DNA of 63,262 nucleotides, counting the filler, from Reticulomyxa filosa (Eukaryota; Protista; Foraminifera), in assembly GCA_000512085.1 (NCBI GenBank). It is 8 parts of 8 records of this genome, joined end to end, with 100 filler letters (N's around TTAATTAATTAA, not from the genome) between each part and the next. Parts side by side here need not be neighbours in the genome. Positions count along the whole stretch, not along the records: positions 43,448 to 61,719 come from ASPP01023975.1; positions 61,820 to 63,262 come from ASPP01028619.1; 6 more parts are not named here. One strand, written 5' to 3'. The notes under the pieces are model-generated. The model saw only the letters and a list, made by a program, of their open reading frames with translations. It ran no database searches and was not told the origin of the DNA. Positions 53,315-63,262 of the stretch are shown piece after piece. A program made the position numbers and the translations under genes. How positions within the stretch are numbered: the first letter of the stretch is position 1; the number at the start of each line of letters is the position of its first letter.

Positions 53315-55486
53315 TCAATCAAATGTCATCATCAATTCTTTCACATGTTCTTTTGCTTGCCAAGTTATGTTATTCCATTCTCCGCATATTATACTAGTTA
53401 TCTTCCACGCCTCTTTGTAGTATTGAAATGCAGCTTCCTTTTTTTCGGCATCTTTGCATGAATCTGCTAAGGACAGATAAGAATCTTTAACAGTTAGGTT
53501 TATATTTCCTAATATTTGTTTTCTTATGTCTAATGCTTTTTTGTGACATTCAATTGCCTTATCATATTGCATCTTCCTATAATAACAATTTCCTAACATG
53601 TGATAAGACTTTGCAACATTAAGATGATTGGCTCCAAAGGTATCCAGTCCAAATTTCACTGCCTTTTCATGGCATTTAGTTGCTATATCATATTGGTCGT
53701 AATCTCTATACAATTCTCCTAAATTATTGTAAGCATCAATGGCGCCATTGTGATCTAGATCAGAAATATTTAATCTAATTTCCAGCGCTTTGTCGTGAAA
53801 TTCCATCGCTTTTTCATATTGTTTCATGTTATCATAGCACCGTAGCAAAAGATCATATACACTGGCAACCTCACGATGATTGGCTCCAAACAAATTTATT
53901 CGATTTTGCAAGTATTTTTCACCACATTCTGCAGCTTTATCAAACTGCTTTACTGAATTATGCAAAGAAAATAAATTAGAGTAAATGTTACCAATCCAAA
54001 TATGGTTCGCTTCGAAAAAAAGTAAACTTATTGTTAATGCTTTTTCGAAGCATTCAAATGCTTTATCATATTTGCATTTGGAATGCAAAGAAAGGCCTAA
54101 GTCGTTGTATCCATCAGCAACAAATGGATGATTAGATCCAAATATTTTGATTGAAAAACTGATATATTCTTGTGCATAAGCAATTGCATCATCCAAAAGA
54201 TTTTTTTTTGAACATTGCAATCGTTTATCACTTAGATCTCGAATCTTCAATAAAACGTTATAATGTATTTTTGTATTCCATTGAATTGGCGCAATCGTCT
54301 GCTTTAACTTTTGATCAATCTTTGCCTTTTTTGTAACATAAAGTTGTGTTGTAATATCCACTTTTCCTTTGCATTGAATGTCACAGTTGACAGCATATAC
54401 ATTTCCATCAATATTTATATCTTGCAATATTATTAACTTCCTTTTTATTGCATATATCCAATATTCTCCAATTTGTTTTTTTTCTGTTTTATTATCATCC
54501 AATAACATTAGAAAAGAACCAGTATCAGATTTGTTTATCTTAATTAAATCCAACTTTGTTATTCTTTCTTTCCATTCGGAAATGCCATTAGTAACAATTA
54601 CAATGCCATTTTTATTTTTGCGAATCATCTTCTTCACTATCTTTGCTGCTTCCGCATTTGCTTTTAGCCAATTTGCAGTGGAGTGTTTCTTCATATCCAA
54701 ACCTTCGATTGTGTTTTTGTTGGATTTTAATAGTCTTTCTACATGGACAGATAACGTGGACAAAGACGCTATATCAGCACTCAATTTCTTTTTCCTTGTT
54801 CCATATTGAAATATTCTGCTGTCTTTCTCGATAAAAGGCAATCCTTTCTTCACAGTAGATACAAGTGCCATTTCAATACAATTTTGTAATCTTTCATCAA
54901 AAAAATTTCTTGCAATATCACCGAGCAGGCAAAAATTCCAAAATAATTTTCTATGTTTTGCCGCAATAGATATACCATTGTAATATTCACTGTGGATATT
55001 ATATTTCAATGACAATTTATTTCGATTGTCAATTTGCAATGGCTCTACTTTCCATTTTTCATTTTTTAATAACAGGATTCTTTTATGTTCATTGTCAAAG
55101 ACAAGCATGTCCATTTGCAATAAATATTTCACAATCTTAATAACTTGCATATCATTTTGATAACTCCAGCCCACATCATTTGCTCTTGTTTGAAATACAA
55201 ATCTTACTAACTCATACACCACATTCGTCATAACTTTGTCTACATTAACATCTGTTTGATAATATTTGCTCTCCTTAAAATAGTACAAGATGCCCCACAA
55301 CAAATGTATACATATTTCTCTTACTCTCCCCAATTCGTCATTTCTTTTCACTTGATTAACAATCAACTTACAAGATGGATTTGCAGTTTTTATTAATTCA
55401 TTCTCTGCAAAGGCTTCAGAATATTTCTCTGCATTTGAAAGATGTTGTTGAACAATTTTGGAAATAGGATGTTGAGATTTTTCCAT
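53315..55486 (-). CDS. Single-exon TPR protein (kinesin-light-chain-type repeats) with a degenerate PUB-like N-terminus, 723 aa
   Basis: Repeats FG.NH..VA..Y..LG..Y.....YDKA.E...KAL.I in the C-terminal third; ICIHLLWGILYYFKESKYYQ resembles the PUB L..IL.NI..P...KYR.I helix motif. Confidence 0.88.
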   Translation of the reverse strand: MEKSQHPISKIVQQHLSNAEKYSEAFAENELIKTANPSCKLIVNQVKRNDELGRVREICIHLLWGILYYFKESKYYQTDVNVDKVMTNVVYELVRFVFQTRANDVGWSYQNDMQVIKIVKYLLQMDMLVFDNEHKRILLLKNEKWKVEPLQIDNRNKLSLKYNIHSEYYNGISIAAKHRKLFWNFCLLGDIARNFFDERLQNCIEMALVSTVKKGLPFIEKDSRIFQYGTRKKKLSADIASLSTLSVHVERLLKSNKNTIEGLDMKKHSTANWLKANAEAAKIVKKMIRKNKNGIVIVTNGISEWKERITKLDLIKINKSDTGSFLMLLDDNKTEKKQIGEYWIYAIKRKLIILQDINIDGNVYAVNCDIQCKGKVDITTQLYVTKKAKIDQKLKQTIAPIQWNTKIHYNVLLKIRDLSDKRLQCSKKNLLDDAIAYAQEYISFSIKIFGSNHPFVADGYNDLGLSLHSKCKYDKAFECFEKALTISLLFFEANHIWIGNIYSNLFSLHNSVKQFDKAAECGEKYLQNRINLFGANHREVASVYDLLLRCYDNMKQYEKAMEFHDKALEIRLNISDLDHNGAIDAYNNLGELYRDYDQYDIATKCHEKAVKFGLDTFGANHLNVAKSYHMLGNCYYRKMQYDKAIECHKKALDIRKQILGNINLTVKDSYLSLADSCKDAEKKEAAFQYYKEAWKITSIICGEWNNITWQAKEHVKELMMTFD

Positions 55487-55968
55487 TTACTCGTTACTTG
55501 TTAATTTCCTTGGATTATAAAACTATATCTCAGTAAATAATGTGGAAAAAATAAATCTTATAGTTTTTTTTAAAACTTCACTATTTTTTTAAATATCATT
55601 TGTGACAGTCGATATTTGTGTTTGGATAGGTTCATGGGATATCAAAACATCCAGATCTTGTATTTTTAATAATGATAATAAATGTAATAGTACCACTTGT
55701 CGGGAGTTCGAAGTGGTTTATTAATGAAAGACAGCATTTGGAAGATCAACAAAAATTGCTTGTGAAACAACGTGGTGGGATATTTTGATCTTTTTTTTGC
55801 AAATATAATACATTTTTTAAGCAATATTTTGTTAACAAGTTTATTTTCTTATTAACGAGTACTACTCTGCTTTTGAGTAGTATCAATTAGCAAATGAATT
55901 TTCTTTTTTTTTCACAAAACCTGCTAAATCTCTTGAAATATTAATTCACAAGATTGAAAGAGATCGCA

Positions 55969-56014
55969 CAGTAGATTGCAAAAATACTACTTAACGCCAC
56001 CTTGCAGTCTACTG
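55969..56014. mobile_element. 46-bp mini inverted-repeat element with Tc1-like ends (MITE-like remnant)
   Basis: cagtagattgcaa...ttgcagtctactg followed by TA; the arms resemble the tip cagtagaatgcaa of the TIR at 43752. Confidence 0.5.
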
Positions 56015-56230
56015 TAAAGCACTCATTTTTGTGGGTTCGCCTGTTTTAAAAGAGCTTTTTAACGTTACATAAAAAATGACTACACCTGAAATTTCTGTCG
56101 CAATTTTGACAATTGCTGTATTTGTTGAGAATAATTAAAGAGATTTTAGATCCAAAACAAAGAAAAATGAAATCAATAATAAACAAAATGTACATGAGAT
56201 TTTTTAAACAAGTTTTTGTTTGGAAAATAA

Positions 56231-57405
56231 TTAACCCCAAATTCGAATGGTCTTATCCCAAGAACAAGATACGATTATATTCCCATCTGGTGAAACATCA
56301 ATACCCGATACAGAAGCAGGATGTCCTTCCAATGTTTGTACTTCTTTTCCTGATTTCACATCCCATAGTCTTATTGTTTTATCTCTTGAACAAGATACAA
56401 CAGTTTGACCATCTGCAAAATATTGTACATCAGTAACAATATCTAAATGTCCTTTTAATACTTTTAATTGTTTTCCAGATAATACATCCCATATTCGAAC
56501 TGTTTTATCTTTTGAACAGGATACAATGAATTGATCATCGGGAGAAAATTTTGCACGCCATAAATATTCAGAATGTCCTATTAATTCTTTTAATCTTTCT
56601 CCTGTTTTTACATCCCATATACCAATTGTTTCATCAACAGATGCCGATACAATCATTTTTCCGTCGTGTGAAAATTGCACACCTAGTACAGTATTTGAAT
56701 GACCTAACATCTGTTGGATCTCTTTTCCAGATTTTACATCCCATAATCGTATTGTTCTATCACCTGAACCAGATACAACTAATTCACCATTAGGAGAAAA
56801 ATTTACATCACGTACCCAATCCGAATGACCTTCTAATTTCATTAATTCTCTTCCTGATTCTACATCCCATAGTCGAATAGTTTTATCTGCTGAACCAGAA
56901 ACTATTTTTTGTCTATCAGGTGAAAATGCTGCATTATTAATTAAACCAAAATGTCCTGTAAAATATTTAGTTTGTTTTTCTGATTTAATATCCCATACAC
57001 AAATAATTTTATCATCTGATGATGAAACAATCATTCGACCATTTAATGAAAATTTTATGCTATTTATTTCACCATTATGTCCTTTTAAAACATTTAATAT
57101 TTGAAAATATTTAGCCTAAGATTTAATTGTGTAAAAATCAATTGTATTGAAATGTAAAGAAAAGTAAACAAAAAAACAAAAGTAAGTCACTTAACATATT
57201 TGGCAACCATTTTATCAAACTCATTAATCCAACCTAATTTGATGTGAAAAATTCGAAGCCAATTTTGAATTATTATTTTCACTTGTTTCTCTGACTATTT
57301 AGTAATTTTAGCTACAAAAAGCAACCAGACTCTTTGAAATACAAATGAATGAAAACTTACCAACTCCGGTGTTGCAACTCCTTTTTCGTTGACAACAATA
57401 TTCAT
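56231..57405 (-). CDS. WD40-repeat protein (exons 57405-57361, 57294-57196, 57115-56231)
   Basis: Seven highly regular GH..FSPDG..+VS.S.DKTIRLWD repeats; ends RIWG-stop. Confidence 0.93.
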
Positions 57406-57847
57406 TTGTGTTATCACGGGATGGCAAAAACTTTGATTTTTTTAAAACAAAAGTTGAACTTTGAGATCTCCTTAGGTCATTATTTATTTTCAACCAATTT
57501 GTGTGGGAATGCCAGAAAAAATTTTAAAATAAAAAAAAATTAAAGCAATGGCAAGGAAGTTTACAGAAATCAAACAAATTACTTTTGCTAAAAAATTTTA
57601 AAAAACTACAAATAATCAATCATCTATATCATCAGTATGATCTACTAACCAATGTGCTGCTAACAATTTATGGTGAGGGGTTATTATTAAAACTCAAATT
57701 GAACTTTCAATTAAACATCACAAAAAATAGTTTGAAAGATATTAAATTAACTGGCCAAAAAAACTTTTTGTTGTTAAAGGTTTTTTGTTTTAAGTTTTTT
57801 TTTAAGTGTCATATTTTTCTACTTAATAATTTCTCAACATTAGCAAC

Positions 57848-60268
57848 ATGAGTAAACAAATCTTCCAAACTTTGAAGAATTTGCCTACTCCACTGTCTGA
57901 CTCTCAATGTATACTACAAAAACATGAAATCCTCATTTATGGAGGTTTTAGTAATCGAAACTGTTATTCTTATCATACACTCAAAAACGAATACAAGTTT
58001 ATCTGTAAGTATCCAAGGGATGTTATATTAAAAGGACACTGTGTAGTGAAGCTAATAGACAATGATAACGATAAAATTACTTTACTGTCTTTTGGTGGAA
58101 AGAATAAACACACATTGACGATGAAATATGTAAGTGTTTGGAGTAATAATGGTAATGACAATAAAATTGATAAGTCAAACAATTACAATGAATGGATTCC
58201 TTTCACGGACAATCACAATCATCCAATTATCATTGGAAGAGATAAAGATAATTATTATGGATTGCGTGCAGTGATTGGTGGAAGCAACAATCATTTGTTA
58301 TTTATCACTTATCTTGATAACAATATTAGTGTGTTTAACTTAAATACATTTCAATTTATTAAACATGATAACCTACCAATTAATAATTATATCAAATATC
58401 ATTGCTTTGTATCAAAGTTAAAAATAAGTAAACAAAAAAAAAATAATGAAATGTTATTGTTTTGTTTCGAAGTGGGATTATCAATTGAATATGATGAAGA
58501 TAATAACACTTTTCAATTTCAGCAATTACGTGTTTGTGATGATATTGCATCATTTCTTGGATATGCATATGTATGTGTCAATGATGTTATTTTATTCTTT
58601 GGTGGGTGGAATGGTAAACGTGAAGCAAATCTAATTGTCCCAAAATCAGTGCACAAATATTCAATTCGAGAAAACAAATGGATGACATTTAAAAACTCTT
58701 TATCTAGTCCATTGTCTTCTAGTGTTGCAATTTTGAGTGAAGACAACATGCATGTGCACATTATTGGAGGATGGAATCGAGAAGCTGTGTCAACACATAT
58801 CAAAACAAAAGTGAGTGAATGGTTGAATGAAGAGGAAATAGAAAAAGGAATTGAATTGAAAATAGAAAAAAAGGAGGATGAGAATGAAGCAAACAAAATA
58901 GTAAAAAAAAAGGATATCGAAGTTAAGTTTGAGTTTTAGTTGTAATGATTGTTGATTTGTAACTGTACAGTTGAATATTATATTTGTTACCATTCCAGGA
59001 AAAAAACAAAAAATGGGTGAAATGGTGGAATGAAAGAGAGCAAAAAGATAAAGCAGAGATAATTGAAAAATTTAAAGCAATGTCAAGTGAACAATTTGAA
59101 GTATGGTTATTGAATGAATGCAAATGGAAAAATGAAATCACAAAAGATGATATTGATGCCATTCGTTTTTCCGTTAACGCTTACATTGCTTTTGTTATGA
59201 CTAATGAAGAAGGAAAAGAAGAGGAAGTTAATTGATTATATACTCTTATATTATCATTTTGATTAAATGATGGACAGCACAAATATAAAATAGCTGACAG
59301 CATATGTGATAACAAATGGAACAAAAAAATTGATAAAAATGAAAGAATTGACATTTGAAGAACTCCTTCGTCAAACTTATAATTGTCTGGAATCAAATGC
59401 ATTCCAAAAAATCAACAATGAAAATTTAAAACCGCAATTGACTGATATGAAGAATAATATTATTGAATCGAATGAAGATGTTATGAAAGAATTTAAAAGT
59501 AATGAACCCACATTTAAACTTATTTGGACTTCATTTCAACACGGGAAGACAAAAACAATAAAAAATGCATTTGTAATAATGATTGCTATCAGTGAGTACA
59601 ATGACAATAGCATATGGAAAAATCTTAAAAATGTGAAAGAAAAGGATGTCAAGAATTTCAAACAATTGTTTGAACAAGAGATGAATTATGAAATTATGTG
59701 CAATTCTTCTCCAAAAATGACAAAAGATGAAGTTGATGAGTTCATGGATCAAGTAAAAATCAATTTCAAACTTCGCAAAAACACTAATAAATATGATGGA
59801 TTAATTATAATTATTTGTGGACATGGAGAGAATGAGAATATGTTAGTGGCAAGTGATGGAAAACATGTATCAATCAATAAAATACGTTCATCATTTAATT
59901 GTCATGAAATGGAATCATTCAAAGATTTTCCTAAAATATTTATCATTGATGCTTGTCGTGGTGAAAATATTCCAAAAGCACATGAGATTGTAAAGAGAGG
60001 AAATGATATATCATATGGTCATAATGATGATGGATTTTTAATGATTTGGTCAACTACAAAAGGACATCAAGTAGCTGACTTGTCATTATTGAGCGAATCT
60101 ATGAAAAAAGTTGTTACGTCAAAATATAAGAACAGTTATCCATTTAAGCAAATGCTGCAAGATATTCGAACAGAAATTCGTAACAATAAAAATAGTGAAT
60201 GGTATTGTGTGGAAAGTCAAGACACCACTGATTATGACATCATTTTTCAACAAAGAGAGTCTGTGTAA
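57848..60268 (+). CDS. Kelch-like beta-propeller + helical linker + PB1/ubiquitin-fold-like domain + caspase-like (peptidase C14) protease, 3 exons, about 758 aa
   Basis: Exons 57848-58921, 58999-59226, 59294-60268 with phase-0 GT-AG introns. Kelch-type GG motifs (ILIYGG, LLSFGG, AVIGG, ILFFGGW, HIIGGW). Caspase motifs NAFVIMIAISEY, YDGLIIIICGHG (His, 59822), PKIFIIDACRG (Cys, 59954). Confidence 0.88.
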
Positions 60269-61103
60269 AATTTTTTTTTTTTTTTAAAGAAATAAGTAAG
60301 TGTCATTTGAGACTTTTTGTGAACGGAATTTGTGTGCATGCTGACATACGTATCAAATGGCTGGAAACATCCAACAAGTTAATTAATTACTTCGCTTTGC
60401 TGTGATCACAATAAATTCCAAATATTTTTCATCGGTTGTCATTATAAAAAAATCAATTTTGCGCTTTTAGTATCGGTGATCATGCGTTAACACCTTTTTC
60501 AAATAGTGTGGTACCAAAATTAATATTGTAAAGTTTATGTGTCGTTATTTGCAATACATTACCTTCTGCAAAGATAAAAAGTATTTTTGATTGTTGTGTG
60601 ATTTAACAAACTTGGAAAAAGAGAGTTTAAATACTTTTTCATGCAACTTTTATATTTTATTTTGTAATTTTGATTAACAAAACGTATAATATTCAAACCC
60701 AATATTAAATTATAAATTTGATATATCTCCTTCTAATGAAAACATAAAAACAACTATTTTTTAAATTTAAGGGTTAACTAAAATAATAAAAACAATTCCT
60801 TCAAAATGGAGACTATTTTACTTTAATTTCCAATCTGCATATACGTTCTTTTTGTAAAGGGTATTATTACGTAATGAATATCAATATGTAGATGAGATTG
60901 GAAATCTCAGAAATAAAATTTTTCTTTAATAACATCATATACCAGACTAAATTATATCTTTGCTTTTCAAAGACTGGCACATAATATGACTGATTAGATT
61001 TTGTTCAATTTTTTATTTCATAAAATACCTTTTTTAGGTCAAAACCCCTTTTTTGGGTCAAAACCTCTTTTTTAAAAAAGTTAAACTTAAAGACTTCAAC
61101 AAC

Positions 61104-61601
61104 ATGGGTAACCAAAATACAAATAAATCTCCTGAAAAAGAAACCAAACACTTTCCAACTTTGAAAGAGTTACACATTTCACTTAAAGAATCTCAATGTG
61201 TGTTACACAAACACTAAATCCTCGTTTGTGGAGGTTATGAACAAAGAGTTTGTTATTCTTATCATACACTCAAAAACGAATACAAGTTTATCTGTAAGTA
61301 TCCAAGTGATATTATATTAGATGGACACTGTGTAGTGAAATTGGTAGGAAAGGACAACAAAGATATCAATGAAATTACTTTGCTATCTTTTGGTGGAGAT
61401 GAAGATTCAAAAAATCATTGATGATGAAATATGTAAGTGTTTGGAGCAATATATTGAATAAATCAAATAAATTTAATGACTATAATCAATGGACTCCTTT
61501 CACAGACAATCACAATAATCCGACTATCATTGGAAAAGATTATGATTATTGGGGAGTACGTGCAGTGATTGGTGGAAGCAACAATCATTTGTTATTTATT
61601 A
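61104..61601 (+). pseudogene. Truncated pseudogene copy of the Kelch-like propeller
   Basis: High identity to 57870-58308 (shared ttattcttatcatacactcaaaaacgaatacaagtttatctgtaagtatcca); in-frame GAA>TAA stop at 61215-61217; further lesion near 61418. Confidence 0.92.
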
Positions 61602-61819
61602 CAGTAAGTTGCAAAGAAAACGAACGCATAAAACATATCTTATGATTCAAATTTTACTAATGATGCAATAAACTGTAATAAAAGAATATGATTTTTCTCA
61701 AAGACTACGAATGATACAANNNNNNNNNNNNNNNNNNNNNNNNNNNNNNNNNNNNNNNNNNNNTTAATTAATTAANNNNNNNNNNNNNNNNNNNNNNNNN
61801 NNNNNNNNNNNNNNNNNNN

Positions 61820-62480
61820 CTTCAAGCTTGCAACAGCGAATTAAATAAGCTCCAAGTTTCCATATCTTTTTATTTATTTTTTTTTCCATAAAAAAAAAAA
61901 AAGAATATGTTATCCTCTTTGTCGTTGTGTGATAGCAAAATATGTACGCATGCAGGAAGAGAAGGAAATTGCTGGAAATTGATTTGAAGCGCCAAAACTT
62001 GGCATACGCATCCACAAAAACATGCAGAAAAGAATAATCGAGATCCTGGCCATGTTGATGTATATTATATTGTTCACTTTATTATGTATCTTTGATTTCA
62101 AAAAAAGAAATGTGTTTGTTGATAGGAGACAATCAAAGAGTCACAATATCAAGAATACACGGAGTTTGACTAGCATGTCCCTCTCCAGAGCAATCACTAA
62201 AAGAAGGAGATTTACAATTGGAAGTAGGGATTTGAGAAAGAGAAGTTTCTGAAAGATAAAGATATTGTAATAATCAAAAACGGTCGTTTTGGCATCATGC
62301 AGTTGGCGATCGACCCGGAGCGACAACGAAACATAGATTCGAACAATGATCGATTCTCCAATCACTTGGTGCCAATGGATCAAAAGTACACACAAAATGA
62401 TGATGTGGTAAAAAAGAGGAGACAAGACAACACGGCAAAAAAAGACTGGAATGCGTGATACTTGGCAGCAAACTCAGTAC
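61820..62480 (-). CDS. Possible fragment of a membrane-protein gene running into the gap
   Basis: Hydrophobic ORFs in GC-richer sequence with a plausible phase-0 intron; start unresolved. Confidence 0.3.
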
Positions 62481-62839
62481 AAGTAATAGAACAAAATAAT
62501 TATGATATTGAGTAACATAAAAGTTTTCAATGGGTGAATGATTATTTTATTTTAATAATAACATTTTTGTTTTTTTATTTATTTTTCTTATAGTGCAATA
62601 TTACTATTATTATCATAGTGGTCTCTTGCAGCGCAAATATATTTTTTTAGAATAGGGAGAAGCAAATGCAATTTACAAATGGTCATATTGAAAGAAATAG
62701 AAATAAAAAATGAATCAAAGTATCAATATTTATTTTGATTTTTTAAAAAAATGAAAAAAATCAAAAAATGCACTTTGCACAAGGAACAAGAAAAATAATA
62801 TTATTTTGAGATTGTATATAGAAAGTCGACATTTATTAG

Positions 62840-62966
62840 TAGATATCTTTAAAAAAAAAATTATGGTTCTATCATGTCTAGTTAAGGAGTTATAATCATT
62901 TCTTTTATTAGCAAATTTTCTTATAAGGTGCTGTTTTAGGCATGTCAGGACTTTTGCCCCTACATG
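62840..62966. mobile_element. Solo TIR remnant of a related Tc1/mariner family
   Basis: Shares tataaggtgcYgttttagg with the 43752-45046 TIRs and ends ..ggacttttgcccctacatg followed by TA. Confidence 0.5.
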
Positions 62967-63262
62967 TATGCTGGTGTACATTATTTTTTCATTGGTTCTA
63001 ATGGTGGAGGTGTATTTATTTTTGCCTTTTTGTGTCCAGCTTGTGTAATATTGAACTTTAAGTAAGAAAAATATACTTTCAAAAAAAAAAAAACGCACAA
63101 ACAATAGGGGTGAGAATGAGACACGCGATTTTTTGAGGAAAATGTGTCGTGTTAAAAAACCATTGACCAATGTTTTGAAATTAGTGTAGCTACTATACTC
63201 TCTCAAATATTGGAAAAAAAGAAATATAGTAAGGCTGTCAGCAGTAATAACTGTCTTTTTTT

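Noticed and set aside
61028-61073. Short ~20-bp tandem duplication (ccttttt..ggtcaaaac) upstream of the Kelch pseudogene
   Set aside because: Only about two copies in T/A-rich sequence; likely local slippage
21488-61819. Seven regularly recurring TTAATTAATTAA motifs flanked by Ns
   Set aside because: Artificial contig linkers with six-frame stops; not a CRISPR or biological repeat. ORFs containing X runs are artefacts
1-63262. tRNA, rRNA, snRNA or CRISPR features; alternative genetic code
   Set aside because: None recognised by eye (tRNAscan/Infernal not run). TAA, TAG and TGA all end well-supported genes, and the apparent internal stops are explained by introns

Overview
AT-rich, intron-containing eukaryotic DNA, not prokaryotic. 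The gene families present (WD40s ending in ..WG-stop, Kelch-like propellers, PUB-TPR proteins, caspase-like proteases, many pseudogenes) suggest a foraminiferan such as Reticulomyxa filosa; this is inference. The window is 8 contigs joined by seven artificial 100-nt spacers (N...TTAATTAATTAA...N), so adjacency across gaps is unproven, and single-base homopolymer indels may be sequencing errors. Splicing the short introns by hand gave these genes: PP1 catalytic subunit (partial); a 7-exon TPR + class I cyclic-nucleotide phosphodiesterase; a very large WNK kinase; an iduronate-2-sulfatase-like sulfatase; a cold-shock x2 + Schlafen/AlbA_2 protein; a vWA fragment; three WD40 genes; a UBA-like + Zn-finger + RelA/SpoT-like nucleotidyltransferase with a decayed tandem copy; a 7TM receptor-like protein; two other membrane proteins; a ubiquitin-like TM protein; a PH-domain protein; axonemal dynein light chain p28; a small 3-exon gene missed by the ORF track; a PUB-TPR protein; and a Kelch + PB1-like + caspase-like protease with a pseudogene copy. 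There is also a decayed Tc1/mariner element with long TIRs and related TIR remnants. The most interesting signal is a set of effector domains known from anti-phage or innate immunity (RelA/SpoT-like synthetase, Schlafen RNase, caspase-like protease) fused to eukaryotic adaptor or repeat modules. A conserved 33-aa cassette on a 99-nt phase-0 exon also heads all three WD40 genes.
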